From: Pseudothermotoga sp.
GTDB lineage: Bacteria; Thermotogota; Thermotogae; Thermotogales; DSM-5069
Reading direction: 5' to 3'
Assembly: GCA_041640575.1 (NCBI GenBank)
Contig: JBEPZZ010000050.1
Location: forward strand, 1-12,895
DNA: 12,895 bases
Shown here: one piece after another, positions 8,369 to 12,895 of the stretch
Layout: every line of letters starts with the position of its first letter
How positions within the stretch are numbered: the stretch's first letter is position 1
The notes under the pieces: model-generated
Seen by the model: only the letters and a program-made list of their open reading frames with translations
Told to the model about the DNA's origin: nothing
Databases searched by the model: none
Made by a program: the position numbers and the translations under genes

Positions 8369-8386
8369 AATCTTGTTGCCGTTTGA

Positions 8387-9634
8387 TTACTGGACCATAG
8401 CTTTTCGCCTTTTTCCTGATATCACGCCTGTAATCAGTTTATCACTGTTGAAAATCTTTACAATCAAAACCATTAGAAAAGTTGCTAAAATCGCATTATA
8501 CACGATTCCAGAAATAGCAAAAGAGTAATTATCGAACAGCATATTTCTCAATGAAAGCATAGGATGAGTGAATGGTATAGCAAACAGAACTAGCTTCAGC
8601 GGTGAAGTCAGTGTGTCAAAATCTTTGAACATCGTTAGAAACATGCTAATCATGGCTAAAAAAACCAGCGGGAACGTCATTAATTGAGCACTTTTGTAGT
8701 CTTTGGACAAGATTCCAAGAAGCATACTCATGGCTATCCCACAAATAAGAGATGAAAATAAAGACAAGCCAACCAACCCGTACTCCAAAGGTGTAATCTT
8801 CAACCCAAGCTGTTCCGGTATAGACAGAGAAACAGCTTTCATGTAAGATGAAAATCCCAACATGTAAATACCTGCCATAATAACCCCAGATATCGCTCCA
8901 GCTAGAATCTTCGCCAAAACAATATATTCTCTTTTTACGGGCATCGTCATTAACGTCTCTAGGGTCTTATTTTCTTTTTCCAAACCCATCGAAGAAATAA
9001 CAGTACTTCCAGCCATAAGTATCAGCATCATTACAACCAATGAAGTTGTTGCAGACTGGGATGATGCTAATGCTTGAAGTTGAGACGGGGAAACATTTTC
9101 ATAGATCCGGTTGTGAAAAATAACGATGGGTTTCTCTACTATTGGTTCGAACATGAAAGCAGGATCAGAAACGCCATGCTGCATTGCCATTGTAAAAGCA
9201 ATCTGCTTTTTCATAGCACTTATCAATCTATCGATAACTGAGAAGGAAATATTGTCCATTATTCCTAGACCCTTTACATGAAAGACAAGTCTTATCTTCC
9301 CAGGTTTTGAAGAAATCATTGAGTTTGAGAAATCTTCTTCAATAACTATTACAGCTGCTCCATCCTTCTCTTTGAGAGTTTTTAAAGCTTCTTCAAGGTT
9401 CTCTCCTGTGTAGATAACTTGAGCAGCAGTCATCAGACCATCTTCCACCGCGCTGCCATAAAAACCTTTGTCAAGATTAACAACAGCAATTTTAGGCTTT
9501 ACTGAAATTTGTTTTTCCATGCTTCCAAAGCTTCTACCGATAAAACCATACATCGCTGATACAGCAACAATGCTGACAATGCTAGTTACAGTTATGACTT
9601 CCCTGAGTTCTTTCTTTAGCAAATTCCAGAACAT
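8387..9634 (-). CDS. ABC-2 type exporter permease (NatB-like)
   Basis: N-terminal LLKKELRE plus a TM helix, extracytoplasmic domain (IAVVNLD), EKENKTLETLMTMP signature and several C-terminal TM segments. SD GAGGTGG; overlaps the ATPase gene by 19 bp. Confidence 0.9.
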   Translation of the reverse strand: MFWNLLKKELREVITVTSIVSIVAVSAMYGFIGRSFGSMEKQISVKPKIAVVNLDKGFYGSAVEDGLMTAAQVIYTGENLEEALKTLKEKDGAAVIVIEEDFSNSMISSKPGKIRLVFHVKGLGIMDNISFSVIDRLISAMKKQIAFTMAMQHGVSDPAFMFEPIVEKPIVIFHNRIYENVSPSQLQALASSQSATTSLVVMMLILMAGSTVISSMGLEKENKTLETLMTMPVKREYIVLAKILAGAISGVIMAGIYMLGFSSYMKAVSLSIPEQLGLKITPLEYGLVGLSLFSSLICGIAMSMLLGILSKDYKSAQLMTFPLVFLAMISMFLTMFKDFDTLTSPLKLVLFAIPFTHPMLSLRNMLFDNYSFAISGIVYNAILATFLMVLIVKIFNSDKLITGVISGKRRKAMVQ

Positions 9635-10350
9635 CGTACCACCTCGATGAAAACTTCCTCGATGTTTGAAGCATTGTACTCTTTTTTGAGTTCAGCCGGA
9701 TTACCCGTTCTAACGATTTGCCCATTGTGTATCAATGCAATTTGATCGCAGAGAAACTCAACTTCAAGCATGTTATGCGAAGACAAAAGAACTGTTCCCC
9801 CATTTTTCACGTAATCCTTTATCATTTTTCTAACTTCTTGGGCACTTAATACATCCAATCCAGAGGTTGGTTCATCCAAGATAGCCAATTTCGGATTAAC
9901 CATCAATGCTCTTGCTATTAACAATCTTCGTGTCATACCCTTGCTATAGGTTGCAACTTTTGATCTAATTTTATCTCCCAAGTTAGTCATCTGAATTCCT
10001 TTCTCAACCATTTGTTTTAGCTTAACTTCATCTTTCACAAAGAACCTTGCTACAAATCTGAGATAATCTATTCCCGTAAGTTCTTTATAAGCTCCTGCAT
10101 CTTCTGGAAGATAGCTGATACATAACCTAACAGAATCTGCCTCTTTCACTATATCGTGTTCAAACACTTTAACACTTCCAGAAGAAGGCTTGAGAAGTGT
10201 GGAAAGAATTCTCAAAGTGGTTGTTTTCCCAGAACCATTCGGACCTATTAGCCCAAAGATTTCTCCTTCTTTTACCTCGAAACTTATTCCCTTCAGCGCC
10301 TGAAAGGAATTGTAATATTTAACGAGTTTTGAAACTTCAACAGCTTTCAA
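9616..10350 (-). CDS. ABC exporter ATP-binding protein (NatA/DrrA-like)
   Basis: Walker A GPNGSGKTT, signature YSKGM, Walker B ILDEPT and H-loop LSSH. TTG start with SD GGGGGTGA. Confidence 0.95.
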   Translation of the reverse strand: MKAVEVSKLVKYYNSFQALKGISFEVKEGEIFGLIGPNGSGKTTTLRILSTLLKPSSGSVKVFEHDIVKEADSVRLCISYLPEDAGAYKELTGIDYLRFVARFFVKDEVKLKQMVEKGIQMTNLGDKIRSKVATYSKGMTRRLLIARALMVNPKLAILDEPTSGLDVLSAQEVRKMIKDYVKNGGTVLLSSHNMLEVEFLCDQIALIHNGQIVRTGNPAELKKEYNASNIEEVFIEVVRCSGIC

Positions 10351-10488
10351 ATCTTCACCCCCTTCATTGCAATACTATACAACGCGCTTTACACAAGTAT
10401 TTCACCTAGGCAACAACCCTTTCGAAATAATTAACTTGGTATTATTTTTGGACAGAAGTAAATTTAATCATATATTTTACTTACAATC

Positions 10489-10518
10489 TTGACTATTAAG
10501 TAATGAAGGTTGTATAAT
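10489..10518 (+). promoter_or_regulatory. Sigma70/SigA-type promoter of the E1 operon
   Basis: TTGACT (10489-10494), 18-nt spacer, TATAAT (10513-10518), with AT-rich DNA upstream. SD AAGGAGG precedes ATG 10596. Confidence 0.75.
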
Positions 10519-10595
10519 CTTAGAAACAGCTTCCAAAGTTAACAACTTGTAAACTCATCTTATGCTTATTGCCTTGAGTAAAGGAGGAAAAAGCG

Positions 10596-11576
10596 ATGTC
10601 TTACTCACGCGAATTTCTAATCAGCCTTTATCAAACAATGGTCCGCATACGCACATTTGAACTCACGGCGGAAAAACTGTTTTTGGAAGGCAAGCTTCCT
10701 GGCTTCATTCATCTTTACATTGGTGAAGAAGCTATTGCAACTGGTGTGATGGCAAACTTGCGACCTGACGACTACATTACTTCCACGCACAGAGGGCATG
10801 GCCATATGATAGCAAAAGGAGCCTCTCTCGACAGAATGATGGCAGAACTTTACGGAAAGGTTACTGGTTATTGCAAAGGCAAAGGTGGTTCAATGCATAT
10901 TGCTGATGTTTCAATAGGCGTGCTTGGAGCCAACGGTGAGGTTGGTGGAGGTCATCCTATAGCAGTCGGTGCAGCAATGGGGTTAAAGATGCTTGGGAAG
11001 GATTCTGTTGTTGTTTGTTTCTTCGGTGACGGTGCATCAAACAGAGGCTCCTTCCACGAAAGTTTGAATTGGGCTGCTGTATATCAATTGCCCGTCGTTT
11101 TTGTCTGTGAAAACAATCAATTCGCATCAACCGCAAGATTCAGTGAAACAACTTCTGTGAAAGATATTTCTGTCCGCGCCTCGGGTTATGGAATAAAGGG
11201 AATCACAATTGACGGCAATGATGTGATCACTGTATACGAGACCGCTAAGGAAGCAATTGAACGCGCTAGAAAACATAGCGAACCAACTTTAATTGAGGCA
11301 AAAACATACAGACTGAAAGGCCATTTTGTTGGTGATCCTGAGCTTTACAGATCAAAGTCGGAAATAGAAGAAATGCGTGCAAACGACCCGATTGTTCGTT
11401 TCGAGAAATTGCTGGTTGAAAAATACGGCTTTAGCGAGTTAGAGAAATCCAAGATTTGGAGTGCAGCAAAGGAAGAAGTCGATAAGGCTGTGGAATTCGC
11501 TGAGAAGAGCCCCTATCCTAAACCAGAAGAAGCTTTAGAAGATTTATTTGAGGATAACACAGGTATTGACTTTTAA
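10596..11576 (+). CDS. ThDP-dependent dehydrogenase E1 alpha subunit (AcoA/PdhA family, AcoA-like)
   Basis: HLYIGEEA, STHRGHGH, GKGGSMH, ThDP-binding GDGASN...CENN and loop TYRLKGHFVGDP (closer to AcoA GHFEGD than PDH GHSMSD). Substrate uncertain. Confidence 0.93.
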   Translation: MSYSREFLISLYQTMVRIRTFELTAEKLFLEGKLPGFIHLYIGEEAIATGVMANLRPDDYITSTHRGHGHMIAKGASLDRMMAELYGKVTGYCKGKGGSMHIADVSIGVLGANGEVGGGHPIAVGAAMGLKMLGKDSVVVCFFGDGASNRGSFHESLNWAAVYQLPVVFVCENNQFASTARFSETTSVKDISVRASGYGIKGITIDGNDVITVYETAKEAIERARKHSEPTLIEAKTYRLKGHFVGDPELYRSKSEIEEMRANDPIVRFEKLLVEKYGFSELEKSKIWSAAKEEVDKAVEFAEKSPYPKPEEALEDLFEDNTGIDF

Positions 11577-11691
11577 AAATGTGCAGTGAATTTCCAATGT
11601 TACGTGCTAGCAAAGTTACAAACAAATATGTGCTTCGGAAATTTTACAACTCGTGAAAGTTTTACCTTTTTGGACAAGGAGGAAAGGATAT

Positions 11692-12666
11692 ATGAGGGAG
11701 ATAACCTTTGCTGAAGCCCTTGGTGAGGCTATCCTTGAAGAAATGGAAAAAGATCCAACGATATTCACGTATGGCGAGGACATCGCAAAACAAGGGGGAA
11801 TATTCGGTCAATACAAATCTTTGCTTGGAAAATACAAGCACAGAGTGATCGATACGCCAATATCAGAAGAAGTGATTTACGGATCTGCACTTGGTGCTGC
11901 CCTCGTTGGCGCAAGACCTGTCGTAGAATTCCACTTTGCTGATTTCATTTTTACCGGTATGACAGCCATAGCCAATCAAATAATGAAATTCAAACACATG
12001 ACAGGCGGACAAGGAAAGTTAAGAATAGTTTTACGTGGCCCAGATGGGATAACAAACAGCGCAGCTGCGCAACATTCTGAATCAATTGAAACTATTTTCA
12101 TGCACATACCTGGCATTAAAGTCATAATTCCATCAACACCTTATGACATGAAAGGGCTTTTTAAAACCGCTCTTAGATCGGATGATCCAGTAATTTGCTT
12201 TGAGCACAAAGCGCTTTACAAGATGAAAGGACCAGTTCCGGAAGAAGAATACCTTATTCCTTTTGGTAAAGCGGATATCAAAAGGCACGGAAAGGACGTA
12301 ACAATTGTGGCGACATCAAGAATGGTTCATGAATCCTTGAAAGCGGCAGAAGAACTGAGCAAAGAAGGCGTCGAAGCAGAAGTCATAGATCTTAGAACTT
12401 TGGTACCATGGGACAAGGAAACCGTATTGAATTCAGTTAAGAAAACGCATCGACTTGTAATTGCTCACGAGACCTGGAAAAGAGCTGGTTGGGGAGCAGA
12501 GATTGCCGCAGTAGTTCAGGAAGAAGCATTTGGATACTTGGACGCACCAATCCTGAGGGTCGGAGCGAGAAATGTACACATCGCGTTTAGCCCTTGCTTG
12601 CAGAATTACATCATTCCAAATAAAGACACTGTAATTGAGGCTGTTAGGAGGTGCCTCAGTGTTTGA
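11692..12666 (+). CDS. ThDP-dependent dehydrogenase E1 beta subunit (AcoB/PdhB family)
   Basis: Start corrected to ATG 11692 using SD AAGGAGG at 11676-11682 (324 aa). Motifs GEDI, DTPISE (E59), AAQHS (H128), P.TPYD.KGL, EHK.LY, EVIDLRTL.P.D and SVKKTHR. Confidence 0.93.
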   Translation: MREITFAEALGEAILEEMEKDPTIFTYGEDIAKQGGIFGQYKSLLGKYKHRVIDTPISEEVIYGSALGAALVGARPVVEFHFADFIFTGMTAIANQIMKFKHMTGGQGKLRIVLRGPDGITNSAAAQHSESIETIFMHIPGIKVIIPSTPYDMKGLFKTALRSDDPVICFEHKALYKMKGPVPEEEYLIPFGKADIKRHGKDVTIVATSRMVHESLKAAEELSKEGVEAEVIDLRTLVPWDKETVLNSVKKTHRLVIAHETWKRAGWGAEIAAVVQEEAFGYLDAPILRVGARNVHIAFSPCLQNYIIPNKDTVIEAVRRCLSV

Positions 12667-12895
12667 AGTCAAGATGCCAAAATTCGGTTTAACCATGGAA
12701 TCTGGATTTATAACCACGTGGTTTAAAAAAGAAGGTGAAACCGTACGAAAAGGAGAACCTCTTTTTGAGGTACAAACAGAAAAGATTCTCAACCAAGTTG
12801 AATCGTACTATGACGGAATTCTTTCGAAAATCTTGGTAAAAGAAGGCGAAGAAGCACAGGTAGGACAAGTCGTAGCAATGATATCCAGTTTCGAC
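12659..12895 (+). CDS. Lipoyl-domain protein (E2 N-terminus or stand-alone lipoyl carrier), no stop within the window
   Basis: Not in the ORF track. GTG 12659 with SD AGGAGGT (12646-12652) overlaps the E1 beta stop. 79 codons: MFEVKMPKFGLTMESGFITTWFKKEGETVRKGEPLFEVQTEKILNQVESYYDGILSKILVKEGEEAQVGQVVAMISSFD, lipoyl-Lys K42. Confidence 0.9.
   Translation, partial: MFEVKMPKFGLTMESGFITTWFKKEGETVRKGEPLFEVQTEKILNQVESYYDGILSKILVKEGEEAQVGQVVAMISSFD

Noticed and set aside
248..9650. Short plus-strand ORFs (248-442, 599-787, 1299-1481, 1654-1854, 1878-2075, 2503-2862, 4256-4498, 5011-5211, 6190-6576, 6767-6949, 7512-7697, 9468-9650) and minus-strand 7558-7755
   Set aside because: All lie antisense to, or out of frame within, well-supported genes and show no recognisable motifs, so they are treated as shadow ORFs.
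10370..10410. Promoter for the ABC exporter (TATAGT on the minus strand, GTTGTATA shared with the divergent promoter)
   Set aside because: Plausible -10 but no -35 or proper TGn extension, so too weak to call.
10519..10595. TPP riboswitch ahead of the ThDP enzymes (also checked in 11577-11691)
   Set aside because: The conserved CTGAGA and CCTGA...AGCG.AGGGA elements are absent.
11653..11691. ORF-track GTG start for E1 beta
   Set aside because: The extension contains the strong SD AAGGAGG, and ATG 11692 gives family-typical numbering (E59, H128).
10617..12792. Minus-strand ORFs 10617-10805 and 12433-12792
   Set aside because: Antisense to the E1 and lipoyl genes with no family motifs.
1..12895. 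CRISPR array, IS/transposase, integrase, tRNA/rRNA or defence island
   Set aside because: No regularly spaced repeats, terminal inverted repeats, recombinase motifs or RNA-gene signatures were seen, and almost all sequence is accounted for by protein genes.

Overview
Core-genome window from a Thermotogota bacterium, probably Thermotoga/Pseudothermotoga-like. This is inferred from the LexA and MetRS sequences and from the gene order rpiB-STAS-lexA-archease-gyrA-metG, which I recall as T. maritima TM1080-TM1085. The minus strand carries a tightly coupled run: beta-CASP/RNase J-like nuclease, metG, gyrA, archease, lexA, STAS anti-anti-sigma factor, rpiB and an HDAC/acetylpolyamine amidohydrolase-family gene that runs off the window start. 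Upstream of it is a NatAB-like ABC exporter pair with an intrinsic terminator. After a divergent AT-rich promoter region, the plus strand encodes AcoA/AcoB-like ThDP-dependent E1 alpha and beta subunits and a lipoyl-domain protein that reaches the window end. Three observations stand out: (1) a perfect 16-bp palindrome GTATAC-TTAA-GTATAC over an extended -10 promoter directly upstream of metG-gyrA-archease-lexA, a candidate Thermotogota SOS box; (2) an internal SD plus in-frame ATG in metG that could release a 113-aa Trbp111-like protein; (3) an E1 pair with polar active-site substitutions, a possibly stand-alone lipoyl domain and a structured alpha-beta spacer with repeated motifs. No RNA genes, IS elements or CRISPR arrays were seen.
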